Source: Phyllobates terribilis (lineage: Eukaryota). Taken from it: a stretch of 64,000 nt of DNA. The translations under genes and the position numbers were made by a program. The notes beneath the pieces are model-generated. The model was not told the origin of the DNA, searched no databases, and saw only the letters and a list, made by a program, of their open reading frames with translations. The first letter of the stretch is position 1. The number at the start of each line of letters is the position of its first letter. The stretch is from assembly GCF_046119375.1 (NCBI RefSeq), contig NW_027362797.1, positions 1,612,001 to 1,676,000 on the forward strand. The letters are read 5' to 3'. Below are positions 21,908-33,700 of this stretch, piece after piece.

Positions 21908-23760
21908 TGCTTAGCCATACGGCGAGACTCAGGAGGAACGGAGCGCTATTTGCCTCCTAGAGTATAGATTTTCCTAGCATAGTTCGCCGACACCATATAC
22001 AGAGCACCTGAGTGCTAGAAGAGCAGAGTACCTCCTCAAGTGACCCCATTTTGGAAATTATACCCCTCTGGGAATTTATTTAAAGATGTAGTCACCTTTT
22101 TGACTACATGTGTGTTTTCCAGAAACAAGCAGCATTGGATGTTGCTCAGTGAAAATTGCAAACTTCTGTTGTAGTGATCAGTACGTTGTGGTCCCCAGTA
22201 TGTTGTAGTCCACAGTACGTTGTAGTGCCCAGCTTGTGCTTCTGGAGACATGCACCCATAAATTAGGCAGGCTGTAATCACTACAGAAATGTCAAACATG
22301 TGGACGCTAAATGTGATTTAGGGAGACTGTAAAGCTCAGAAGGGAGAGGCGCATTTGGATTTGGGAGCGCAGAATTTGCTGAATTTCTTTTGGGGGGTGA
22401 GGAGCCATTTTACTTTTCCAGAGCCTTTGTGCTACCAGTAACGTGGAAGCCCCTATATTTCCATTGACAGATGACAGACCTGAGTGGGGGCTTTTTTTGT
22501 GGATTGATTTGAAGCTTTTGTTAGGAACATTTTACATAACATTTTGAATTACATTTATCCGGCGCTCTACGCTGAGCACTTGTATCGGCGTTTCCATTTA
22601 AATTTCCAAGTGACATGATTCAGATGAAACCCCCTAGGGATGCTTTCACCATAATGAGGCAGCAGAGTTACTCTGGACTCCATCTAGCATCTGTTCAGCT
22701 TTGTCTTTTTTTTCAGAGGTGCACAAAACTGTGGCCGACGGCACTTTTATGCACGCCTAAAAAGACGGACACCGTGGGATGATAGACCAGATGGCGTCCA
22801 CAGTGCCTGCATCTGCCTCATTATAGGGAATCTTCCACCCGGGGTTCCGTCTGAATCACCTATTTCAAAGTTTTACATGGAAACCCCAGTGTAAGCGCTC
22901 AGCACAGAGCGCAGGATAAATGTGAGTCGAGTCTTACGGAGATCTGCAATATTTGGGAAACCGAATGAACAAATCAACAACAGGTTGATATTTGAGAGCT
23001 ATACTTTTTTATATTTCTGCCAACACTCATGTGAGGGCTTGTTTTTTGCGGGACAAGTTGACATTTTTATTGGTACCATTATTGTTTTTTTATCAGTCTC
23101 TATTCTGATGTTTTTGGGAGGTAGAATGAACAAAAACCAGCAATTCAGGAATTGTTTTTTTTTCTTATGCTGTATTGCTGCTCCACGTGTAGTAAAATTA
23201 ATAAGGCAGCTTCTTCGGGTCAGTACGATTACAGCGATACCACATTTATATATTTTTTTTATGTTTTGGCGCTTTTACACAATAAAAACTATTTTATAGA
23301 AAAAATAATTATTTTTGCATCGCTTTATTCTGAGAGCTATAACTTTTTATTATTTTTCCGCTGATGGAGCTGTATAGCAGCTTGTTTTTTGCAGGACAAG
23401 ATGACATTTTCAGCGCTACCATTTTTGTTTACATATGATTTCATTTTATTATTACACTTTTTGTTCTGCAGTATGATGATTTTTTGTGCTTAGTTTTTTT
23501 TGTTTGTTTTTTTACAGTGTTCACTGAAGGGGTTAACTAATGGAACATTTTTATAGGGTGGGTCATTCCGGACGCAGCGATACCAGATATGTGTACTTTT
23601 TCTGTTTGATTTGTATTTTTTCATAAAAATATTTGTTTATATGCACAATAAATATATAGATTTTTTTTATTATTTAAGTTTTAAAAAATTTATTTTTTTC
23701 TTTTTACTTAGTCCCCTTATGGGACTTTCACAGCTCTGATCACAGTTTTAAAGCATAGCA
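21908..23760. repeat. Unclassified AT-rich interspersed repeat, probably a non-autonomous DNA transposon
   Basis: Internal self-similarity (22960-23110 vs 23300-23440) and motifs such as caagtgaccccattttggaaa; no coding capacity; boundaries approximate. Confidence 0.35.
22551..22923. mobile_element. Degenerate palindromic MITE
   Basis: Arms acatttatcc.gcgctct..gctgagc / gctcagcacagagcgcaggataaatgt and ataatgaggcag / ctgcctcattat. Confidence 0.7.
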
Positions 23761-23779
23761 ATGCAGTAGCAGTACCATG

Positions 23780-24578
23780 TTTCATTATCATTGCGGAAAA
23801 ATCCGCAGCACAACCAATTTGGGCCCTATTTCGCGGCGAAATCGCGCCCATTGACTTCCATTGAACCGCATAAAATCCACATGTATACAAGTATACATGC
23901 GGATGTTATGCGGTTCAATGCGCGGATGGTACCCGGGATGGGAGAAGAGGAGACTCTCATCTGACCTGGGTACCAACGTACCTGCAAGTTAAAAAAGAAT
24001 TATAAAGTGAAAAATAAAAGAAAATATTCATACTCACCCCTCCGTCGGCCCCCGGCGGCGATCTTCTCTCCTTGGCGGCCCGCGGTGTATTGATAGAACC
24101 TGCGGTGATGTCATTTAGTCAGCTGATGGTCACGTAACCATCAGCTGACCGCTGACGTCAGCGGTCGCGTGACCATCAGCTGACTAAATTACGTCACTGC
24201 AGGTCCTGGCAGTACACCGCGGGCCGCCAAGAAGAGAGGATCGCCACCAGGAGGAGACCGGGGGCCGACGGAGAGGTGAGTATAAGTTTTTTTTTTTTCT
24301 CTTTTTACTTTTTAATTCTTTACACTAGATGCACGATTTGAAGCAGAAATCTCCTCATAAGTTGGTCACACAATATAAATCCATGCCAGTTGCATGGATT
24401 TATATTGTGTGACCAACTTGCCAAGCCCTTTTCCAAGTGATGCTCAAAATCGCTTGGAAAACCGTTTGAAAAAAACGCATGCATAAACGCATGTAAAATC
24501 CGCATGCGTTCTTTCTGCCAAGGAGATGCAGAAACGCTGAGGAAATTTCTACTTCAAATCTGCATCGTGGGCACATAC
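23780..24578 (-). mobile_element. Harbinger-like MITE, inverted relative of 49897-50749, with near-perfect central hairpin (24030-24283)
   Basis: Ends gcatcgtgggcacatac; internal blocks match the reverse complement of 49897-50150 and 50395-50450. Confidence 0.65.
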
Positions 24579-24874
24579 ACGTATTGTGAGTCCGTAAAAG
24601 TGGTGTAATACCTCTGACAATATTGTTCACAACAGTGACCTGGGAATCAGAGATGCTTCCATCGGTCTTCCCCATGATGTTCCTATGTCATTTGAGCACT
24701 GTTCCCATCGATTTGGGCAATTTTTAGGCCCTCTGCTGATCTCCGATGGGGGGGTGGGGGCGCCGGAAAAATGCTCGAGTTTCCCATAGACTTACATTGG
24801 GCTTGTTGCTCGAATCGAGCACCCGAGTATTCCAATTTGCTCGACTTGAGCATTTTAGTACTCGCTCATCACTA
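24579..24874 (-). mobile_element. Terminal segment of hAT-type family (TAGTGATGAGCG terminus)
   Basis: Ends tactcgctcatcacta; homologous to the reverse complement of 30366-30660. Confidence 0.75.
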
Positions 24875-25769
24875 ATTGCCACCTGTTCACATGGGCCAAT
24901 AAGTGAACCAAGCTTTTTTTTTTTTTTTACTATGACATGGGAGATGTTTCTGAATGAAGCCGGGACAACGTCATCCATAACTGTGTGGAGCGGGAAAGCT
25001 ATAGTGACAGGTGAAGCTACACCTGTACCACGTCAGCAGCACAGAGGAATTATGGGACTTCTATGAGGATCTATTCAGCGTGCGTGAACATTCTGACATT
25101 GTAACTGACATATCTGCTATGAATAAAGAAAAAGAAAGAAGGGGGCTGGAGGCAAGGAACCTAGATGGAAGCCCCAAATGACCGGGAGGGGACAGGAGGG
25201 TGTAATTTGAACTTAAAAGGATAGGGATTGGATATAGGTTGAAGGGCGGGCATTTGAGGGGGGGGGGTAGATAAAGCAGAAAGGGTGGGGTGAGAAACGG
25301 TCAGTTCAGAGAAGAAAGCATTGGAACGCGACAGGCCGGACACGAGAGTCGGGGTCTGGAAATCAAGGAAGGTCACAGACGGCAGGAAGGACCAGAGCCA
25401 GGATTGACGGAGGATGAGCAGCGGAGACGGCGGCGAGTGCTCAGGTCCCCCCTGGTGACGAGGAGGCCAGGGGCGCGGGCCTTGCGCTGCAGCAGGAGTC
25501 GGACGGATCAGAGAGTGGGGAGGATAGAGGTGAATCCAGGTGTCGGCAGGACACAGGAATTTCGGCTGGCAGGGACACAGCACCTGCGCAGCTGGGTGAG
25601 TTTGCTTCTATGTCTTGTTTGTCGCCCGCTGGGTCATTACTGTATGAGGGAGTTGATAGGCAGTCGGCGGGGCCCAGCGGGCAAAATATTAGGGGAGGTT
25701 GCGGGTCAGATATAATGGGTCTTAGAGACATTTTGTTTAATATGTTGCAATTTTTAGCTAGAATAGATA

Positions 25770-26697
25770 GTGGGGGGAGTTAATCAGGGTGGATTGGCAC
25801 CCGCGGCAGCGACGTGGGAGCCTAGTCAACCGGTGTCTTTGCAGGTGGGAAGCGAGATGGGCAGGTTGGGGGTCAGTGCAGATATTATACCTTCTGGGGT
25901 ATCGGTTTGTGTGCAGACAGAGAAGGACAAGGCGGATAATGTAAGACTGGACGATAGGGCAAAAGGGGAAGTTTATGTGTGCTTTGAGGGGCCGTTGGGG
26001 GCACACCTAAACAAAGAGGTAAAGGAAAAAATTTGGCGGGATGAGTACGTAGAGATTTTTTCCCTTCTTCCATTGGAAAAGTTTAACCTGGATAAGGGAA
26101 AAAGGGATGAGAGTAGAAAAGAGGAGGAGGAGAAGCGTAGGTGGAGGTTGATTCCTCAGACGTTTGTAAATTGGTTACAGGCTTTCGCAATATTGGCTAG
26201 TGTTATTGGGGAGAAAGCTCCTGATAATTGCTCAGGCTTATTCTGCTACCTTGATGCTTTCGGGGAGGCCCAGAGGACTTACGGGGGTCAGGCGTGGTTA
26301 AGATATGATGAGCAATTTCGGCAGAGAAAAGCAGTCCGACCGGAGATCAGATGGGATCAGAAAGACATTGGGTTGTGGTTGAGGGTTATGGCTCCAGTGA
26401 GGTATGGGCAGTCCTTTCACGGGGAACAACAGTAGCGGGAATCAATCAGCGGGACATGGGGGAGGTAGTCAGGGGGCGCAAAACATTAAAAAGGAAGCGG
26501 GAACTTGCTGGCAATTTAATGATGGCCAATGCAAGTACGGGAACTCCTGTAAATTCAAGCATGTGTGCTCCCATTGTAATGGAAGTTCACATCGAGCATC
26601 AAAATGCTTTAAGAGAGGAAAAGGAAAGCCGTTGGTGGTTACCGGTCAAGGGGGTTACTCCGGTGAGGGTTCACGCGATGGCCCCCTTTCTAAATAG
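25770..26697 (+). pseudogene. Ngaro/DIRS gag-like ORF with C-terminal Cys/His finger
   Basis: WLQAFAILASV...AWLRYDEQFRQR...WD; CWQFNDGQCKYGNSCKFKHVCSHCNGSSHRASKC after a frame break near 26430. Confidence 0.85.
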
Positions 26698-28251
26698 GTA
26701 TCCGGATCAGTTGAAGGCTAAAGTTATTGAGGATGGGTTTTTGGATGGTTTTAGAATACCAGCTCCTGATCATGTAGTTCCTTTTTCGGTTAAAAATTTA
26801 ATGTTGGCTCACCGTTATCCAGAGGTGGTTAAGACGAAGTTAGCTAAAGAGGTTGAATTGGGCAGGATGGCGGGACCGTTTCAGGAATTGCCTAGCATCA
26901 AGGTGATTATTTCACCGTTAGGAGTTGTGCCCAAGAAAGAGGTGAATAAGTTTCGCTTGATTCAGCATTTGTCATACCCTAAAGGGCTTTCAGTGAATGA
27001 TGGCATTGCGCAGGAGTTGTGTTCGGTCCAATATACATCTTTTGATGCGGCGGCACAATGGGTACGGAGGTATGGGCCAGGCTCGTTGCTAGCTAAGCCT
27101 GATATTGAGTCTGCTTTTAGGTTGTTGCCAGTTCACCCGGATAGCATCCCGTTGTTGGGATGTTTTTGGGAAGGGGAGTATTATGTTGATAGATGTTTGC
27201 CAATGGGTTGTTCAATTTCGTGTTCTTTGTTTGAAACTTTCAGTAGTTTTTTAGAATGGGTAGTGAAGGACCTGGCTTCTGTGAAGTCGGTCATTCATTA
27301 TTTGGACGACTTCTTGTTTATAGGTCCCCCGCAATCATTGTTGTGTAGGAATTTGTTAGGTACTATGGAGTGGGTGGCAGAGCATTTTGGCGTACCTTTG
27401 GCAGTAGAAAAGACGGAAGGCCCTTGCACAACCCTAAGTTTCCTGGACATTGTAATTGATACTGAAAGGATGGAGTGTCGGTTACCAGATGATAAATTGA
27501 TTTTGCTTAAACAGGAGGGCGATAGGATCCGGAGATTGCGCAAGGTGACACTGAAAGAGTTACAGTCACTGTTAGGGCGTTTGAATTTTGTGGGCAGGAT
27601 TATGCCAATGGGAAGAATATTTTGTCGCAGGTTGGCTGGAGCGACAGCAGGAGTGCGGGCTTCGCATCATTTTATTCGCTTAAATAAACAACACAAGGAG
27701 GATCTGAAAGTTTGGAAGTTGTTTCTGCAAAATTATAACGTAAGATCGTTAATACAGGAGGAGTTTTTGAACAGTTATGATTGTGAGATATTTACGGATG
27801 CTGCAGGAGGTGCTGGTTATGGGGCATACTGGAAAGGACGGCGGAGTGTAGGTGAGTGGCCGAATATGTGGAAAGAGAGGGGTCTTACGAGGAACTTGGC
27901 ATTTTTGGAGTTGTTTCCTATTGTTGTGGCGGTGAATATTTGGGGGGAGTGTTTTGCCAACAGGAGAATTCGGTTTCACTGCGATAACATGGGAGTGGTA
28001 TCGGTCATCAACAGTTTGTCGGCCTCGTCGCCGCCTGTAATTAGGTTGCTGAGGGAACTTGTACTTTGTTGCTTAAGTTGAACGCTTGGATTACAGCAGT
28101 CCTTGTGCCAGGTGTAAAAAATTCCATAGCAGATGCCTTGTCTCGTTTTCAGTGGGATCGTTTTCGGGCACTAGCACCAGAGGCAGAGGACGTGGGTCAA
28201 GAATGCCCTTCGCGGTTGTGGCAGATGGTTATGGAGGAGCGGGACTGTTAA
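26351..28251 (+). pseudogene. Ngaro/DIRS reverse transcriptase-RNase H
   Basis: ISPLGVVPKK, KPDIESAFR, LPMGCS, HYLDDFL, FTDAAGG, LELFPI, HCDN, then IADALSR in a shifted frame. Confidence 0.93.
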
Positions 28252-29114
28252 TACAAGAGTCTATCACAAGGCAGACCTGGGCATCATACGAGGCATCGTG
28301 GCGAGTATGGCAAAGTTGGATTCGGGAGTGGGGTGGAGTGGAGAGTGAGGTAGATAGAGAGACGGCTGTGTTGTTTCTGCTGGGAAGGGCGGCGGAGAGC
28401 GGATGGTCTGTTTCAAAAGTTGGCAAGTTTGTGGCAGGATTAGCATTTGGTTTTAAATTGCTGGGTACGAAGGATGTTACGAAGGCCTTTTTGGTGAAGC
28501 AAACTTTGAAGGGCTTTAGGAGAGGAGGTAAAGTGTTGGATAAACGTAGGCCGGTAACCTTTAGTATCTTGGAACGTTTGGGTTTGGTAATGGATAGGAT
28601 TTGTTGTTCATTTTTTGAGGCCACATTGTTTAGATTGGCTTTTGCATTGGCATTTTTTGGTGCACTGAGGATAGGTGAATTGGTGGCACCAAGCAGGAAT
28701 AAGGTTGGGGGTTTGTTTGCTGAGGATATGAGCGGTTGAAATGGGGGCATTGAATTTTGGATAAGGCGGGGGAAGACAGATCAATTGGGCAGAGGAAAAC
28801 GTGTGGTCTTAGGTGAGGTTAAGGGATCTTTGGTTTGTCCTAGGACATGTTTAATGGCTTACTGGCAGGTTTGCTCAGGGAGGAAGGGCCCATTATTGTG
28901 TCATGAAAATGGTGAATTTTTATCGCGTTTCCAGTTTATAGCAGTGTTTAAGAAGGGTATTGCTGAGTTGGGCCTTAGCCCTGAGGTATATGGGTCATAT
29001 TCCTTCAGAATTGGCGCGTCGTCGGAAGCGGATGGTTTGGGGTTAGGCAAGGAAGTGATAAAACGCATTGGGAGATGGAGTTCCGATCGATACCTGTCTT
29101 ATGTAAGGAATTAG
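28086..29114 (+). pseudogene. Tyrosine recombinase, one in-frame TGA at 28737-28739
   Basis: ALRIGEL (R), KTDQ (K), YSFRIGA (HxxR with H>Y), GRWSS, YLSYVR (Y). Confidence 0.92.
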
Positions 29115-29139
29115 GCATTCGGTCTAATGTAATTATCTT

Positions 29140-29769
29140 TTGGATTTAAATATTTTTGGTTGTCTTGTTGCAGGTGGAGTCCCGTTGTTAGTGTGGATTA
29201 TGGGGCACTCTTTTGTCCACTGGGGGGCGCTGCGGGAGGACGTGAGGCCCGACGGTAGGCAATTGGGCTTCAGCCGAGAGCAAGCCGTGGTTCGGTGGTT
29301 GGGTTTCCGAGGGATGGTGTGGAGAAGAGTACTGCCAGAGTTCCATAAAGCAGCTCGTTTGGATCGGGCACCGGATATTTTAGTGCTGCACATGGGAGGG
29401 AATGATTTGGGGGCTCGACCAGTCAGGGAATTGATGAGGGACATTAAAATTGATCTTTTAAGGCTATGGACATCGTTTCCTGAGGTGTTGACTGTTTGGT
29501 CTGAGGTGGTGCCCAGAAAAACATGGATGGAGGCCAGATCATTGAAGGGAATTAATAGGGCACGTATAAAGTTGAACAGAGCCATATCAGCTTTTGTTAA
29601 CAGGAATGGGTGAGTAAGCGTACGGCATCTTGATCTGGAAGTGGGAGTTGGAGAATTTTGGGCAAAGGATGGCGTGCATTTGAATGATATAGGCATCGAT
29701 TTATGGGCACTGGCCATACAGGGGGGGATTGAAAGGGCTTTGGTGGTGTTGGGGCGCTCACGAGCCTGA
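29140..29769 (+). pseudogene. SGNH/GDSL hydrolase ORF of the YR retrotransposon, one in-frame TGA at 29611-29613
   Basis: Block I VWIMGHSF, block III LHMGGNDL, block V DGVHL all in one frame. Confidence 0.88.
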
Positions 29770-30760
29770 GGTGGTCAGGGCTGTTCGTTTGTGGCGGGGG
29801 GGGGGGGTTCGGGTTCTTGGAGTTGGCACGGAAGTGTCGGTAAAAAAGGAGATTATCAAGTTACTGGCATTGGCTTGATTAAGTGGGGTGATCTGGCATT
29901 TTGGTTTTGGGGGCTCTGGACGGGGTTTTACCCTGGGAGCTTTTGGTGCCCTTGAGCTGGTGTGGTACGGCTGAGGGTAACATGGTGGTTCAAGTACTGT
30001 TTGGTTTATGCCAGATCATTTTTTTTAACTCCAAGAACCCTTACCCTTGTTATTATAATGTTTATATGTTAATATTGTTGTTTGTTAATAAAACGGCCGC
30101 TGTGGCCAAATTTATCCAAAGAGAAAATTACAGGTGCAGTGTTTTATTTGGCATGGGTGAAAAGGGGAGGGGGAATGTGAACAATGGAACCCGGGTTGGC
30201 CGTACACGGTCAGGAGGTGGAAAGATGGTGCCAGCCTCTGGTAGAAGACTGAAAAAAGGTATCAACAAATACATGTTGAAACCATTGTTAGACTTGGAAT
30301 AGGTTGATTCTGAATGTTTCCTGTTAATTGATGGTGATGAACACAGACACTCATTGTCTCCTTATTAGTGTTGAGCGAGCACTAAAATGCTCGGGTGCTC
30401 GAAGCTCGGGCCGAGCTCGCCATGATACTCGGGTGCTCGACCCGAGCAACGAGCCCAATGTAAGTCTATGGGAGACCCGAGCATTTTTGCCCCGGCAGTC
30501 TGTTGAAAGCCTAAAAGGTGCCCAAAACGATAGTGACAGTGCTCAAATGACATGGGGACAGCATGGGCATCACCCCAGGAAGCATTTCTGACCCCCAGGT
30601 CACTGCTGTCAACAACGTGGTCAGAGGTATTAAGCCACTTTTACGGGCTCACAATAAAACGTTCAAAAACGAAACTGAAACGGTTTTCCTGTGACTGAAC
30701 ACATCCTTTCCAGGGTAAAGACTTGTGTATAAGGTAAAATAAATAACCAAAAACAAAAAT

Positions 30761-33700
30761 ACCTCATACACCCGCTCTACTCCATAAACGCGCGGCTCCG
30801 CTCCGCACACCTCATACACGCGCGTCTCCGCTCCGCACACCTCGTACACGCGCGTCTCCGCTCCGCACACCTCATACACGCGCGTCTCCGCTCCGCACAC
30901 CTCGTACACGCGCGTCTCCGCTCCGCACACCTCGTACACGCGCGTCTCCGCTCCGCACACCTCGTACACGCGCGTCTCCGCTCCGCACACCTCGTACACG
31001 CGCGTCTCCGCTCCGCACACCTCGTACACGCGCGTCTCCGCTCCGCACACCTCGCATACGCGCGTCTCCGCTCCGTACACCTCGTACACGCGCGTCTCCG
31101 CTCCGCACACCTCGTACACGCGCGTCTCCGCTCCGCACACCTCGCATACGCGTGTCTCCGCTCCGTACACCTTGTACACGCTCGGCTCCGCTCCGCACAC
31201 CTCGTACACACACGTCTCCGCTCCGTACACCTCGCATACGCGCGGCTCCATTCTGCTCCGCACACCTCGTACACGCGCGGCTCCACTCCGTACACCTCGT
31301 ACACGCGCGAATCTGCTCTGTACACCACGAACACGCGCGGCTCTATTCCGCACACCTCGTACACGCGTAGCTCTGTTCCGCACACCTCGTACATGCGCGT
31401 CTCCGCTCCGTACACCTCGCATACGCGCGGCTCCATTCTGCTCCGCACACCTCGTACACGCGCGGCTCCACTCCGTACACCTCGTACACGCGCGAATCTG
31501 CTCTGTACACCACGAACACGCGCGGCTCTATTCCGCACACCTCGTACACGCGTAGCTCTGTTCCGCACACCTCGTACACGCGCGGCTCCGCTCCGTACAC
31601 CTCGTACACGCGCAAATCCGCTCTGTACACCTCGTACACGCGCGGCTCCGCTCCGTACACGCGCGGCTCCGCTCCGTACACCTCGTACACGCGCGGCTCC
31701 GCTCCGTACACCTCGTACACGCGCGGCTCCGCTCCGTACACCTCGTACATGCGCGGCTCCGCTCCGAACACCTCGTACACGCGCGGCTCAGCTCCATACA
31801 CCTCGTACATCTGCGTCTCCGCTCCGTACACCTTGTACTTGCGCGGCTCCACTCTGCTCCGCACAACTCATACACGCTCGTCTCCGCTTCGTACACCTCA
31901 TACACGCACGGCTCCATTCCGTACACCTCGTACACACGTAGATCTGCTCCGTACACCTCGTGCATGCGCCACTCTGCTCCGCTCCGTACACCTCGTACAC
32001 ATGCGGCTCCGCTCCGTACACCTCTTACACGTGAGGCTCTGCTCCGTACACCTCGTACACGCGTGGCTCTGCTCCGTACACCTCGTACACGTGTGGCTCT
32101 GCTCCGTACACCTCGTACACGCGCGGCTCCGCTCCGTACACCTCATACACGCGCGGCTCCGCTCCGTACACCTCGTACACGTGCGGCTCTGCTCCGTACA
32201 CCTCGTACACACGCGGATCCGCTCCATACACTTCGTACACGCACGGATCCACTCCGCTCCGTACACCTTGTACATGCGCGGCTCCGCTCCGTACACCTCG
32301 AACACGCGCGGCTCCGCTCCGTACATCTCGTACATGCTCAGCTCTGCTCCGTACACCTCGTACACGCGCTTCTCTGCTCTGTACACCTCATACACGCACG
32401 GCTCCGCTCCGTTCACCTCGTATACGCGCGGCTCCGCTCTGCTCCACACACCTCGTACACGCGTGGCTCCACTCTGTATACCTCGTACACACGCGGCTCC
32501 GCTCTGTACACTTGTACACGCGCAGCTCTGCTCCGTACACCTCATACACGCGCGGCTCCGCTCCGTACACCTCGTACACGTGCGGATCCGCTCCGTACAC
32601 CTCGTACACGCACGGATCCACTCCGCTCCGTACACCTCGTACATGCGCGACTACGCTCCGCTCCGTACACCTCGTACACGCGCTTTTCTGCTCCGTACAC
32701 CTCATACACGTACGGCTCTGCTCCGTACACCTCGTACACGCGCAGCTCCGCTCTGCTCCGCACACCTCGTACACGCGTGGCTCCGCTCCGTACACCTCGT
32801 ACACGCGCGGCTCCGCTCTGTACACCTTGTACACACCCGTCTCTGCTCTGTACACCTCGTACACGCGCGGCTCCGCTCTGTACACCTCGTACACGCACGG
32901 ATCCACTCCGCTCCGTACACCTCGAACACGCGCGGCTCCGCTCCGTACACCTCGTACACACGCGGCTCCTCTCTGTACACCTTGTACACGCGCCGCTCTG
33001 CTCCGCACACCTCATACACGCGCAGCTCCGCCCTGCTCCGCACACCTCGTACACGCGCGGCTCCGCTCCGTACACCTCGTACACGCGTGTCTCCGCTCCG
33101 TACACGCTTGGCTCCGCTCCTTACACCTCGTACACGCGCGTCTCCGCTCCGTACACCTCGTACACGCTCTGCTCCACTCCGTACAGCTCGTACACGCGCG
33201 GCTACGCTTCGTACACCTCGTACACGCTCCGCTCCGTACACCTTGTACTCGCGCGGCTCCGCTCTGCTCCGCACAACTGGTACATGCGCGTCTCAGCTCT
33301 GTACACCTCATACACGTGCTGATCCGCTCCGTACACCTCGTACACGCGCAGATCCGCTCCGTACACCTCGTACACGCACGGCTCCGCTCCGTACACCTCG
33401 TACACGCTCTGCTCCACTCCGTACACCTCTTACACGCGCGGCTCCGTTCCGTGCACCTCGTACACGCGCGGCTCCGCTCCGTACACCTCGCATACGCGCA
33501 GCTCCGCACACCTCATACACGCGCGGCTCCGCTCCGTATACCTCGTACACGTGCGGATCCGCTCCGTACACCACGAACACGCCCGGCTCCGCTCCGCACA
33601 CCTCGTAGACGCGTGTCTCCGCTCCGCACACCTCGTAGACGCGTGTCTCCGCTCCGCACACCTCGTAGACGCGTGTCTCCGCTCCGCACACCTCGTAGAC

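Larger units (their letters stand above)
25140..30170 (+). mobile_element. Tyrosine-recombinase retrotransposon (Ngaro/DIRS order), decayed
   Basis: Ordered gag-like, RT/RNase H, YR and SGNH ORFs; terminal split repeats not resolved, so limits are approximate. Confidence 0.9.

Noticed and set aside
29103-29173. 71-nt intron fusing YR to the SGNH domain
   Set aside because: The GTAAGG donor is phase 0 and the acceptor is phase 1, so the splice would be out of frame.
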